In this document: positions 47,614 to 57,328 of the stretch, piece after piece
How the letters are laid out: every line of letters begins with the position of its first letter
How positions within the stretch are numbered: position 1 is the stretch's first letter
From: Verrucomicrobiia bacterium
GTDB lineage: Bacteria; Verrucomicrobiota; Verrucomicrobiia; Palsa-1439
Assembly (NCBI GenBank): GCA_050015495.1
Contig: JBEKBH010000015.1
Span: forward strand, 16,942 to 80,941
Length of the DNA: 64,000 nucleotides
Direction of reading: 5' to 3'
Translations under genes and position numbers: made by a program
The notes under the pieces: generated by a model
The model's input: only the letters and a program-made list of their open reading frames with translations
What the model was told of the DNA's origin: nothing
Database searches by the model: none

Positions 47614-48994
47614 CTTCGCCAGCCGTCGCCGCAAGATATCCATACTTGATCAATCGTCGGCGTAGCGCGTCTCTCTCGATCCCGAGCAATTCTGCCGCGT
47701 GACACTGGTTGCCACCGGCGCGTTCCATCGCCTGGTACACCAACTCGCGTTCCACCTCCGTCAGCGCCACGCCACCGGGAGGCAACTGAATGAGGGAGTG
47801 TCCATTCGATCGCGTGCCCAGCCGCAGTTCGGTTGGCAGGTGTTCGGGCATCACCACCTCGGCGTGTTCGAGGATGACCAGCCGCTCGATGACGTTGCGC
47901 AACTCGCGGACGTTGCCCGGCCACGCGTATTGCTGCAAGGCCTTCGCAGCCTCCGGGGAAAGCTTCTTGAGCGGCTTGTTGAACTCCTCGGCAAAACGAG
48001 CGAGGTAATGTTCCGCCAGCAACGGAATGTCTTCGGCTTGCTCGCGCAGGGCCGGCATCCGCAGAGAAATCACCTTGAGCCGATAGTACAAATCCTGCCG
48101 GAATTCGCCGTTGGCCACGGCCTCCTCCAGGTTTTTGTTGGTCGCGGCGATCACGCGCACGTCCACGGTGATGGATTGTGTGCCGCCGACGCGCTGAAAC
48201 TCGCGCGATTCCAGGACCCGCAACAATTTCGCCTGCAGCGCGGGTTTCATGTCGCCGACCTCATCGAGCAACACCGTGCCGCCATCGGCGAGTTCGAACA
48301 GCCCCTTCTTCGTGGTCTTCGCGTCGGTGAACGCGCCGCGCTCGTGCCCGAACAATTCGCTTTCGATGAGCGCGTCGGGAATCGCCGAGCAATTGATGCC
48401 CATAAACGGCTGGTTCGCCCGCGCGCTGCCCAAATGGATTGCGCGCGCCGCCAGTTCCTTGCCCGTCCCGTTTTCGCCATCGATCAGCACCGTCGTGGCA
48501 TCGCTCTCGCCGACCCGCGAGATCAATTCGCGCAACTGCCGCATCTGCGGACTCTGGCCGACAAGGTTCTCCAGCCCGAACTTGCGGCGTTGCGCCCGGC
48601 GAATCCGCGTGACTTCCCGGCGCAGCTTCAAGTCCTCCCGCGCTTTCTCCAGGGCCACGCGCACTTCCTCGAAGTCGAACGGCTTGCACAGGTAGTTGTG
48701 CGCCCCCAGCCTCACGCACTCGACCGCGCGGGAAATCGCCGTCTCCGCCGTCAGCATGATCACCGCGACCTCCTTTTCGAGCTTCCGGATCTCCTGCAAT
48801 ACCTGCACGCCGTCCATCCCCGGCAACCGCAGGTCGAGCAGCACGAGATCGTAGCCGTCCTCGCGAATCAGGTTGATTCCCTCCTCGCCCGTCGGCGCCG
48901 ATTCGACTTCGTAGCCTTCCTTCGAGAGTTTCTGCTGCAGCGACCAACGGACGAGTTTCTCGTCGTCAATGATTAAAACTTTAATTCGTGCCAT
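47594..48994 (-). CDS. Sigma54-dependent response regulator (NtrC/AtoC family)
   Basis: REC domain, GENGTGKE, ELFGHERGAFTDA, WPGNVREL and a Fis-type HTH. Confidence 0.96.
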   Translation of the reverse strand: MARIKVLIIDDEKLVRWSLQQKLSKEGYEVESAPTGEEGINLIREDGYDLVLLDLRLPGMDGVQVLQEIRKLEKEVAVIMLTAETAISRAVECVRLGAHNYLCKPFDFEEVRVALEKAREDLKLRREVTRIRRAQRRKFGLENLVGQSPQMRQLRELISRVGESDATTVLIDGENGTGKELAARAIHLGSARANQPFMGINCSAIPDALIESELFGHERGAFTDAKTTKKGLFELADGGTVLLDEVGDMKPALQAKLLRVLESREFQRVGGTQSITVDVRVIAATNKNLEEAVANGEFRQDLYYRLKVISLRMPALREQAEDIPLLAEHYLARFAEEFNKPLKKLSPEAAKALQQYAWPGNVRELRNVIERLVILEHAEVVMPEHLPTELRLGTRSNGHSLIQLPPGGVALTEVERELVYQAMERAGGNQCHAAELLGIERDALRRRLIKYGYLAATAGEVSAVKC

Positions 48995-50480
48995 GATGTG
49001 TGACCTCCCGCGGCGTGCCAGCCTCCGGCGTCGTACAGGCCGTAAATTGCAACGTAAACGTGGTTCCGCGCCCGGATTCGCTGTCGACGGTGATGGTCCC
49101 GGCGTGCTTGTCCACGATGCTGCGCGTGATCGCCAGCCCCAACCCGGTGCCGCGATGTTTGGTGGTGAAAAACGGCGAGAAAATCTTGTGGAGATTGTCG
49201 TGCGGAATGCCCCCGCCCGTGTCCGAAATGGCGACGCGCACGGCGCCGTCCACCGGCGTGGTTCGCAGGGTCAACGTACCCCCGTCGGGCATGGCCTGGA
49301 TGGCATTGAGCAACACGTTCAGCAACGCCTGTTGCAGCTGGCCCGGGTCGGCGAGGATCGGCGGCAATTCGCCCGCGCATTCCTCCACGATCGTAACATG
49401 GTATTTCTGCGCGTCGGGCCGCACGAGCGCCAGCATCGGCTTGATCAAATCGGCCACGTGGCACGGAGCAATCTCCGGTTCGCGCACGCGGGCGAAGTCG
49501 AGCAGATCCCGCAGCGTTGTGTTCAGGCGCTTGATCTGGCGACGGACTTCGCCGACGATCTCCGCGCGCTGGCCGTTGAGGTTGTTCTCCTCGGAAAGTA
49601 CTTCGACGGCCGCGCCAATACCGGCCAGCGGATTCCGAATCTCGTGGGCGATTCCCGAGGCCAGTTCGCCGATCGAAGCGAGCTTGCCCGCCTGCTGGAT
49701 CTGTTTTTCATGCGATGCCTCGAGTTCGTGGGTCGCGTCATCGAGGCTTTGCACCATGGCGTTGAATCCGCCGGCGAGTTCGCCGATCTCGTCCCGGGTT
49801 TCCGTTGAGGCCCGCGCCTTGAGGTTGCCTGCTTGCACGCGACGCATTTGCTCGAGCAGGTTGCTGACGGGTTGTGTCACGAACCGGACAATGAGCAGCC
49901 ACAACACCACGCTCACCAGGATGAGGATCACGAACCCGTACACGATCAGCAGGTTGCGATTGCTCGCCACGCTGGCCTCGGCGGGGGCGAGCGATTTCTC
50001 GACGATGATGGCGCCGATGACGGCGGATTTCGGATCGTGGCAACGCTGGCAACTCTCGCTATTAAACACCGGCCGCATCACCACGGAGAGCCGCTGGCCG
50101 TCCTCGACGCGGGTGCCCTGCAGCACCCGGTTTTCGGTGAACAACTCCGGCGGCACCGCCATCACCGCGCGCCGCACTTCCTGCGTGTCGGTCGAGAACA
50201 CCACCGCGCCGTCGGGTTTGATGAGGCGTCCGCGCCAGATTTCGTCCGAGTTCTTCAGTTTTTGCAGGAACCCCTGGACCTCGTCATGGCGGTCGCTGAG
50301 CATGACGCCGTTGAGATATTCGTGAATCAGCGACGCGGCGATCAGGTTTTGCGCCTGCGTGCGCTCGTGCCACCACGCGCTTTGCACGCGGATGACAAAG
50401 TACGTGTAGATCGCAATTACCACGGCAACCGTCACGCCGACGGCGACCAGCATCTTCGCGGTAAGGTTGCGGCTAAACAT
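48981..50480 (-). CDS. HAMP histidine kinase with periplasmic heme-c motif
   Basis: CQRCH between two TM helices; AHEIRNPL, NAIQAM, PFFTTK and GTGLGL motifs. Confidence 0.92.
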   Translation of the reverse strand: MFSRNLTAKMLVAVGVTVAVVIAIYTYFVIRVQSAWWHERTQAQNLIAASLIHEYLNGVMLSDRHDEVQGFLQKLKNSDEIWRGRLIKPDGAVVFSTDTQEVRRAVMAVPPELFTENRVLQGTRVEDGQRLSVVMRPVFNSESCQRCHDPKSAVIGAIIVEKSLAPAEASVASNRNLLIVYGFVILILVSVVLWLLIVRFVTQPVSNLLEQMRRVQAGNLKARASTETRDEIGELAGGFNAMVQSLDDATHELEASHEKQIQQAGKLASIGELASGIAHEIRNPLAGIGAAVEVLSEENNLNGQRAEIVGEVRRQIKRLNTTLRDLLDFARVREPEIAPCHVADLIKPMLALVRPDAQKYHVTIVEECAGELPPILADPGQLQQALLNVLLNAIQAMPDGGTLTLRTTPVDGAVRVAISDTGGGIPHDNLHKIFSPFFTTKHRGTGLGLAITRSIVDKHAGTITVDSESGRGTTFTLQFTACTTPEAGTPREVTHHGTN

Positions 50481-51762
50481 GGCCGCTCGCCTCCAGCGGG
50501 CTGATCGCCCTCACGTGGTCCATCCCCGCGGCGGCGCGTGAATGGCCGCTGATATCCGGATGCTCGAACAACGGCAGGTAGCGCGCCGCAATCCCGAAGA
50601 GCACGACGCCAAACGAAACCAGGTTCAGCACGACGGTGATTTCAATCCACGACGGGAAGTAGTTCGAGTGGGTGGCCGGCAACAGTCCGATCCAGGCGAC
50701 GTTGAGCCGGTTGAGGATGATTCCCAGGATGACGGGAATCGCCGCGGCAAACGCCCAGCGCCGCCGGCCCGACCATCGCGTCTTCAGCACCACAAACAAT
50801 GGCAGCGTCAAGAGAAGCATCTCCAGCGTGAACGTGAAGCCCTGGAGCGGACAACGGAATATGTACATCCACGCATTCCGCGCCGTGAGATCGGCGATGC
50901 GGAGAAAGAGATAGAGAAACAACAGCGGCGTCATCCCCTTGGCCAGCGACGTGAGCACGCGCGGCTCCAACGGTTTGTGGAATACCCAGAACGACAGGGC
51001 GGACACGAAGATCGCCATGGCAAATCCCGACACGAGTGCGCTCAGGAAAAACAGGATCGGCAACAATGGCGTATACCAGAGCGGCAGGAGTTTGGTGGGT
51101 ACGATGAGAAACAGCGAACCCAGCGACGATTGATGCAACGTCGAGAGAATCACGCCGCAAATCACAAACGGGACCGTGATCGTGTGCACCACGCGGGACA
51201 GTCGCAACCAGCCCAGTTTATCGAGCAGGATTGGCGCGAATTCCACGGACAGGACGCCCGTGTAGAGCATGACACACCAGGACACTTCAAACAGCACCGA
51301 GTGATGTTGCCAGTAGAAAATCGGCCGCCAGATTTGGTGGTACCGGCCGAGATCGACGAGCAGAGCACCGGAGGCCGACAGCATGTACCCGAGATAGGCA
51401 GCCAGGACAACGGGACGCAGAATCGGGTAGAACCTGCGGATGCGAAAAATATAGACCATGCACGCCGTGAGAAATCCGCCCGCGGCAAAGGCGATTCCAC
51501 AAACGACCAGCGCCTTCCAGATGCCCCAGGGAAATTGATCCGAAAGATTCGTCACCGCGCCGAGACCCAGGGCATACCGCGAGGTGAACGCGTAGCCTCC
51601 CAAGCCCCACAACACGATCAGCAGCAACCAGCCGAATATCCCCGACGTGTGTTTTGGCAATTGCCGGCCCGAGAGCACCCAGCACGCAAACACCGCCGCG
51701 CTCATCATGACGAGAACCCCGATGACGCGAAACAATGCCAGGATCCAGTTGAAATCGTTCAT
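50473..51762 (-). CDS. NrfD/PsrC family membrane protein, HybB/HmcC-like
   Basis: GLGAVTNLSDQFPWG, DLGR, SVLFEV and STLHQSSLGSL motifs. Confidence 0.9.
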   Translation of the reverse strand: MNDFNWILALFRVIGVLVMMSAAVFACWVLSGRQLPKHTSGIFGWLLLIVLWGLGGYAFTSRYALGLGAVTNLSDQFPWGIWKALVVCGIAFAAGGFLTACMVYIFRIRRFYPILRPVVLAAYLGYMLSASGALLVDLGRYHQIWRPIFYWQHHSVLFEVSWCVMLYTGVLSVEFAPILLDKLGWLRLSRVVHTITVPFVICGVILSTLHQSSLGSLFLIVPTKLLPLWYTPLLPILFFLSALVSGFAMAIFVSALSFWVFHKPLEPRVLTSLAKGMTPLLFLYLFLRIADLTARNAWMYIFRCPLQGFTFTLEMLLLTLPLFVVLKTRWSGRRRWAFAAAIPVILGIILNRLNVAWIGLLPATHSNYFPSWIEITVVLNLVSFGVVLFGIAARYLPLFEHPDISGHSRAAAGMDHVRAISPLEASGHV

Positions 51763-52616
51763 GGCCGCTCCGTCGCGTCACGCGTCCGCCAGCGAACCAC
51801 CGCTGCCAGAACCAACCCAACGCCGATGACCACAAACGGCACCTTCGATATCGCCCGCCACGTCAACGACGGCAGCGGCTCCTTCGGCAGTCCCTGCGGA
51901 AAACCGAGTTCCTCCGGTGGCCGGTCTGCGAGATAGATCCACGACGTGCCGCCCACAACGTCTTCGCCGTAGATGTACCGATAGCGGTCCGGCTGCGCGT
52001 CCATGCGTTCCCGCGCTTCCTGCAACAAGTCCGGCCGTTTGCCGAATTTCAGCGTCCCCGTCGGACACGCCGCGACGCACGCGGGCGACTGGCCTTTGGC
52101 CTGGCGATCGGCGCAGAAATCACACTTGCCGACACGCGGCATCAGCGCATTGTCCCATTCGTACTTCGGCACGCTGAAGGGACACGCCAGGAGACAGTAA
52201 CGGCAACCAATACAGATATTCTCGTGGTACACGACCGGGCCGGTCTTCGTCTTTTCCAGCGCCGCCACGGGACACACCGAGACGCACGCGGGATCCATGC
52301 AGTGCATGCACTGGCGCTTCACCGGTTGTTTCGGTTTCGAGTCTCCGTCGCGAAAATCGATAAACGTTCGCGTGCGAAAGCTGAGTTTGCCTTCGCCCGC
52401 GCCATACCCGATCGTCGCCACGGGGAGCGGCCCGAATCCGGCGCGCACCCGGCAGGCGTTCTCGCAGGCCCGGCAACCGATGCACCGCGTGAGATCCACC
52501 AGGACGCCGACGGATTCGGCCGGGTCCGCAGGCGATTCCGCGAACAGGCTGCGGGCCGTGAGAACGGTCAGGGCACCGGTCGCCGCGGATTGGAAGAATC
52601 GTCGCCGGGAAATCAT
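51759..52616 (-). CDS. Tat-exported 4x[4Fe-4S] protein, HybA/HmcB-like
   Basis: SRRRFF, CIGCRAC, CMHC..PACVSVCP, CIGCRYC, KCDFC; C-terminal TM. Confidence 0.92.
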   Translation of the reverse strand: MISRRRFFQSAATGALTVLTARSLFAESPADPAESVGVLVDLTRCIGCRACENACRVRAGFGPLPVATIGYGAGEGKLSFRTRTFIDFRDGDSKPKQPVKRQCMHCMDPACVSVCPVAALEKTKTGPVVYHENICIGCRYCLLACPFSVPKYEWDNALMPRVGKCDFCADRQAKGQSPACVAACPTGTLKFGKRPDLLQEARERMDAQPDRYRYIYGEDVVGGTSWIYLADRPPEELGFPQGLPKEPLPSLTWRAISKVPFVVIGVGLVLAAVVRWRTRDATERP

Positions 52617-53530
52617 TTTGGCGGCCCTCCCTGTTTCTTGCGGCGGAAATGCGGCAGCGCCACGCCGAGGAAGATTCCCAGCAGGAACGACAACCCGACG
52701 ACCGGCGGGAACACGCGGCGATTGGCCTGCAGTTCCTCCTTCATCTTGGCGCCTTCCGTTTCCAATTGATCGAGTTGTTCCTTCAGTTTCTCGGGAGTCG
52801 CCGCTTTTAATTGCTTCACTTCTTCATTCAGCGTGGCCCGTTCGTGACTGGCATGAACCATGTCGCGATGGCAATTGGCGCACGTCTCCGCGCCAACGCC
52901 GAACGTGTGTCCCCGCACCCCCAGACCGCGAATCTTCATACCCACGCCCTTCACCTCGGGCATGTGACAACTCAGGCAGTGCAGGCCTTCAATCGAATGG
53001 GTCGCGTGCGAGAAGTCCTTGAGGCGTTCCGTGTGGCAGGTGCCGCACATCTGGTCGGGATCGTCCTTGCGCAACTTCATCTCATGCATCTTGTGACAGT
53101 CAAAACAGCGGATGTTCTTCTGTCCGTGAGCGCTGACTCGCCACTCGCCATAGGTGATCGCGTGGCAGCCCTGGCAAACTTCGGAAGTGACCGGCAGCGC
53201 CATCTTCGATTTGTCGGGGTGATCTTCCTTCATCGTGCCATGGCAGGATTGGCAACTGATCCCGTCATGCGAGAATTTGCCTGTCTGCCGATCAAACTGG
53301 CTGGTATGGCACACGAGGCATTCCCATTTCTTGCCTTCGTTGGTCCACTCGTTGAGGAAGATGTCATTCATCGTCTGCGAATGCGGCGATGCCTGCCAAT
53401 CTTTTGTTTCCTGTTCATGGCACAGCACGCAACGGTCGGACTCTTTGTCCTCGTCGTCGGCACGGGCGACCGTCGCCACCGTGCAGGCAGCGGCGAGTAC
53501 CAAACAAATCATCATCCTAGGCGGCAGCAT
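52613..53530 (-). CDS. Octaheme cytochrome c with coiled coil and C-terminal membrane anchor
   Basis: 8 CxxCH, signal peptide, AGGAG RBS. Confidence 0.88.
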   Translation of the reverse strand: MLPPRMMICLVLAAACTVATVARADDEDKESDRCVLCHEQETKDWQASPHSQTMNDIFLNEWTNEGKKWECLVCHTSQFDRQTGKFSHDGISCQSCHGTMKEDHPDKSKMALPVTSEVCQGCHAITYGEWRVSAHGQKNIRCFDCHKMHEMKLRKDDPDQMCGTCHTERLKDFSHATHSIEGLHCLSCHMPEVKGVGMKIRGLGVRGHTFGVGAETCANCHRDMVHASHERATLNEEVKQLKAATPEKLKEQLDQLETEGAKMKEELQANRRVFPPVVGLSFLLGIFLGVALPHFRRKKQGGPPK

Positions 53531-55523
53531 TCGGTTTGTTCTCCTGTGAACCCGGGCCACCATCAGTTTCGGGTTTTTTCGTTGCGGTCGGTTCGGCGGG
53601 CGCACCGGCGTTGTCGGCGTGAACCTTACCCGGCGAATCCTGATGCGGGGCTTTCTTGCCAATGAGCCACGACGGATTCATCGGGTACTCCTTCGGATCG
53701 AAGATGACCCAATAGAAGTGCCACACCAGGATCGCCAGCGTCGCCAGCAGCGCCTCGTAGTAATGGATCACCTGAGCCACGTCATTCCAGACCTTCGGCC
53801 ACAAGCGCAACACGGTCTCGGTGAACACCAGCATCGCGCCGGTGACGATCATCACCACCGAACCCCAGACCAGTGCCCAATACTCGGCCTTCTCGGCGTA
53901 GTTCCAGCGACGGTGCGGCGGCGGCGTCTGGCGCAGTCCGAGGTTGAACGCCAACTGGGCCACGGCATCCTTGAAATCGTCCCACACAAACCACAGGGAC
54001 CGCACGCTCGCCCGCCCGCGCCTTGTACCAGCCAGGGTGGTCACATGAACCACGAAGAACACGGCAAACGTCCACCCGCAGATGCGATGGATCATCCCGC
54101 GCACGTACCCGCCGTTGGGCAACACGCGGAACGGCCAGCTCCACATCGCGTCGGGGAACTTGTGGACGAACCCCGTGTACGCCAGCGTGACGAACAACGC
54201 CATCAGCACGAAATGCTGGATGCGCGCCAGCCGGGTCAGCCGCAGTTCCGCGTTCTCGTCGGCCCGCACGGCGCGCATGTGCATCCGTGTCTTGCGCAGG
54301 TAGTCCAGGCCGTTGAACACCGCCATCCCGCCGATCGTCATCACAATCAGCGCGATGTAGAGACGGGAAATGAAATTCACGACCCACGGTTTGCCCTCCG
54401 CGGCGCCCGGTGGCGCGTGAATCCGGAAAAATTCGGCGCTCAACCGCGTGCCGATGCCGGGATGACACTTGCCGCAGGTCTCCGGCAGGTTCTTCGGATT
54501 GATGGTCGAGAGCGGATCGCTCGCGGGCAGGATGTCGTGGACTCCGTGACAGGACGCGCAATTGGCCGCGGTCAGGTTTCCCCCCTGCAGCGCCAAGCCG
54601 TGGAAGCTTTGGATATAGGTGGTGAAAACATTCGGCGGCAACCGGTATTGCGTGACGATGCGTTGCGCGGCATGACACTGGCCGCACGTCTCGGGAATGT
54701 TCGCCGGCGAAACCCGGGACGACGCCAGCTTCACCGCCTGAATCGTATGTTCGCCGTGGCAATCGGTGCAGACCGGCGCGTCGCGCACGCCGCTCTTGAC
54801 CGCCTGACCGTGAATGCTGCGGTTGTAGGTTGCCTCGACGTTTTCATGGCACTTCCCGCAGGTCGCGGGAATGTTCTGCCAGTACAACTTCGATTCCGGA
54901 TTCGTGGACCGGTGCAGATCGTGCGTCCCGTGGCAATCCGAGCAGACCGCCGCGTTGGCGACGCCATTGGAATGGGCCAGACCATGCACGCTGTTTTCAT
55001 AGCTGACGACGACCGCGCGCTGCCGCAAGTTGAACTTCTCCATCGCTTCCACGTTCGCGTGGCAGCGCCCGCAGGTCTCGGGAATGTGCGCGCGATTCAC
55101 CGGTGAGGCGGGATTGCGGTAATCGAGCAACTGGTGCGCGTTGCCGTGGCAGTCCTGACACGATGCGGCTTCCGCGACTCCCTTGTGGACCGCCAGGCCG
55201 TGATCGCTTTTCAGGTAGATGTCCGTCTCGATCCGGTGACACTGGCTGCAACTGACCGGCTTGAGGGTCTCGGCATGAGGCAAATCGGTGATGTCCGAGT
55301 GGCAACTCGTGCACAGGTTCTTGGCGTGGATCGATGCGTTGAACTTCTGCTCATCCACAAACAGCGAAACCGCCTGCCCGGCGGCGTTGGTCATGACCAG
55401 CGACTTGTCCGAGTGGCAGGCGAAGCAATCCGCGTTGTCGATGGCGCGGACGCGCGTCGCCGGCCAGAAACACAGACCCAGCAGGCACGCGCACACCGTC
55501 CGCCATTTGTCAGGACCTCGCAT
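53517..55523 (-). CDS. CbcL-like fusion: 11-heme cytochrome c plus FdnI/HyaC-type cytochrome b
   Basis: 11 CxxCH followed by RIQH, HRICG, EKAEYWALVWG, HYYEA and WHFY. Confidence 0.88.
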   Translation of the reverse strand: MRGPDKWRTVCACLLGLCFWPATRVRAIDNADCFACHSDKSLVMTNAAGQAVSLFVDEQKFNASIHAKNLCTSCHSDITDLPHAETLKPVSCSQCHRIETDIYLKSDHGLAVHKGVAEAASCQDCHGNAHQLLDYRNPASPVNRAHIPETCGRCHANVEAMEKFNLRQRAVVVSYENSVHGLAHSNGVANAAVCSDCHGTHDLHRSTNPESKLYWQNIPATCGKCHENVEATYNRSIHGQAVKSGVRDAPVCTDCHGEHTIQAVKLASSRVSPANIPETCGQCHAAQRIVTQYRLPPNVFTTYIQSFHGLALQGGNLTAANCASCHGVHDILPASDPLSTINPKNLPETCGKCHPGIGTRLSAEFFRIHAPPGAAEGKPWVVNFISRLYIALIVMTIGGMAVFNGLDYLRKTRMHMRAVRADENAELRLTRLARIQHFVLMALFVTLAYTGFVHKFPDAMWSWPFRVLPNGGYVRGMIHRICGWTFAVFFVVHVTTLAGTRRGRASVRSLWFVWDDFKDAVAQLAFNLGLRQTPPPHRRWNYAEKAEYWALVWGSVVMIVTGAMLVFTETVLRLWPKVWNDVAQVIHYYEALLATLAILVWHFYWVIFDPKEYPMNPSWLIGKKAPHQDSPGKVHADNAGAPAEPTATKKPETDGGPGSQENKPNAAA

Positions 55524-56307
55524 AACTGTGCAGACCACTCAGCAGGAAGTTCACGCCGTAATAAGTGAAGATGACCGAGGCAAACCCGAGGATCGAAATC
55601 CAGGCGGCGCGTTTGCCTTTCCAGCCCCGCATGAAGCGGCAGTGCAGGAATACGGCGTAGATAAACCACGTGATCAACGACCAGGTTTCCTTCGGGTCCC
55701 AACTCCAGTAGGTGCCCCACGCGGAATTCGCCCAGACCGCGCCCGAGATGATCCCGACCGTGAGAAACAGAAAACCGAACGAGATGGTCTTGGCCGTGGC
55801 GTCATCCAGCGCCGCGGTTACGTCGGCTTGCACCCGGCTGTTCGTGCGCGAGGCGATCAAATAGCCGGTGCCCGTCAGCGCCGCGACCGCAAACCCGCCG
55901 TAGCCGAGGAAGGCGGTAAACACGTGGAACGTCAGCCAGTTACTGCGCAACGCCGGCATCAGGGGCTGGATCTTCGTCTCGAACGTGCTGGCGTACGCCA
56001 GCGTGACCACCGCCAGCAACGCGGTCGCCGCCCCGAGCACGGGGACATGATGGCGAATCCGCAACGCGAGATACACGACCACGATCGCCCACGTGAACAG
56101 CACCATCGATTCAAACATGTTGCTGAACGGCGCCCGCCCGGCGATAAACCAGCGCAGGGCCATGTACGCCGTTTGCGCCGCCACCCCTGCCGCGAGAAAC
56201 ACGGTCGCGGTCGAGGCGAACCACCCTTTTTTCGAGAACAGGTTAGCTGCCGAGAACAGCAGCGCCGTGAGATACCCAGCGAGGCTGAGATTGAATGCCC
56301 ACGTCAT
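55510..56307 (-). CDS. ccsA: Cytochrome c biogenesis system II heme lyase CcsA/ResC
   Basis: WGTYWSWDPKETW and GLHSYA motifs. Confidence 0.95.
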   Translation of the reverse strand: MTWAFNLSLAGYLTALLFSAANLFSKKGWFASTATVFLAAGVAAQTAYMALRWFIAGRAPFSNMFESMVLFTWAIVVVYLALRIRHHVPVLGAATALLAVVTLAYASTFETKIQPLMPALRSNWLTFHVFTAFLGYGGFAVAALTGTGYLIASRTNSRVQADVTAALDDATAKTISFGFLFLTVGIISGAVWANSAWGTYWSWDPKETWSLITWFIYAVFLHCRFMRGWKGKRAAWISILGFASVIFTYYGVNFLLSGLHSYARS

Positions 56308-57328
56308 AAAGCCGCTCCTTTTCGAGGTTGAGTTTGGTCATCAAGGCCATCGCCCGCGCCTCGACGATCTGGTCGCAGGCGGCCAGTTCCTGCTCGCGCG
56401 AGCGCACGTTTTCACGCACGAGCGCTTCGAGATCGTCGATGTTGTAGAGGTATGCGCCGTCGATCCGTTGCACGTCGGGGTCGATGTTGCGCGGGACGGA
56501 AATATCGATGAGGAACAGCGGGCGGTTGCGCCGGTGTTTCATCAGCGCCTCGACGTCGGCCCGGTGCAACAGCGTCTTCGGGCAGCCCGTCGAGGCGACG
56601 ACGATGTCGGCATCGGCCATCGCGGCCAGGCAGGACTCGAACCGCACCGCCTGTCCGCCGAATTCGTTCGCCAGTTCGACGGCGCGGTCGAACGAACGAT
56701 TGGAGACGAGAATGGATCGGGCGCCCTTCTTGGCGAGGTGGCGAACACACGCTTCGCCCATCTGGCCCGCGCCGATGATGATGACCGTTTGCTTCGACAG
56801 GTCGCTACGGAAAATCTTTTCAGCCAATTCGACCGCCACGCTGCCGACGGAGGTTGCGCCGCGTCCGATGCTCGTGCGAGCGCGGATTTCCTTGACGGCC
56901 TGAAATGTTTTCTGGAAGACGCGGTTGAGCACGCGGCCCGTGAGCCGGGCGGCCTGGGCGGTGTCATAAGCCTTCTTCACCTGGCCGGTGATTTCCGTCT
57001 CACCGATCACCATCGAGTCGAGCCCGCCCGCCACGCGAAACAGATGGCGCAACGCCCCGACGTCTTCGTGCACATACACGTGCGAGCCGTAATCACGCGG
57101 TTCCGCGCTGAGCAATCGGAACAGTGAATCGATGCGGCCGGTCACCCGCGCCGTTGTGCCGTAGATCTCCACGCGGTTGCAGGTCGAGAGCAGGACGATT
57201 TCATCGAGGTCGCCGCAAATCTTCAGCCGGCACGCCTGGCAGACCAACTGGGACGGTTTGACGGCGAGTTGCTCGCGCAATTCGACCGGCGCCGTCTTGT
57301 AGCTCACGCCCGCCACGAACAGTGTCAT
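56243..57328 (-). CDS. hemA: Glutamyl-tRNA reductase (short form)
   Basis: LSTCNRVEIY, HLFRVAGGLDSMVIGE, GAGQMG and DISVPRNI motifs. Confidence 0.95.
   Translation of the reverse strand: MTLFVAGVSYKTAPVELREQLAVKPSQLVCQACRLKICGDLDEIVLLSTCNRVEIYGTTARVTGRIDSLFRLLSAEPRDYGSHVYVHEDVGALRHLFRVAGGLDSMVIGETEITGQVKKAYDTAQAARLTGRVLNRVFQKTFQAVKEIRARTSIGRGATSVGSVAVELAEKIFRSDLSKQTVIIIGAGQMGEACVRHLAKKGARSILVSNRSFDRAVELANEFGGQAVRFESCLAAMADADIVVASTGCPKTLLHRADVEALMKHRRNRPLFLIDISVPRNIDPDVQRIDGAYLYNIDDLEALVRENVRSREQELAACDQIVEARAMALMTKLNLEKERLYDVGIQSQPRWVSHGAAVLGS

Noticed and set aside
50473-52616. Hydrogenase-2 operon
   Set aside because: HybA/HybB-like genes are present, but no [NiFe] large or small subunit or maturation genes; the adjacent gene is an octaheme cytochrome.
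55510-57328. Frameshifted HemA-CcsA fusion
   Set aside because: ccsA has its own AGGAG RBS and ATG, so a simple overlap explains the arrangement.
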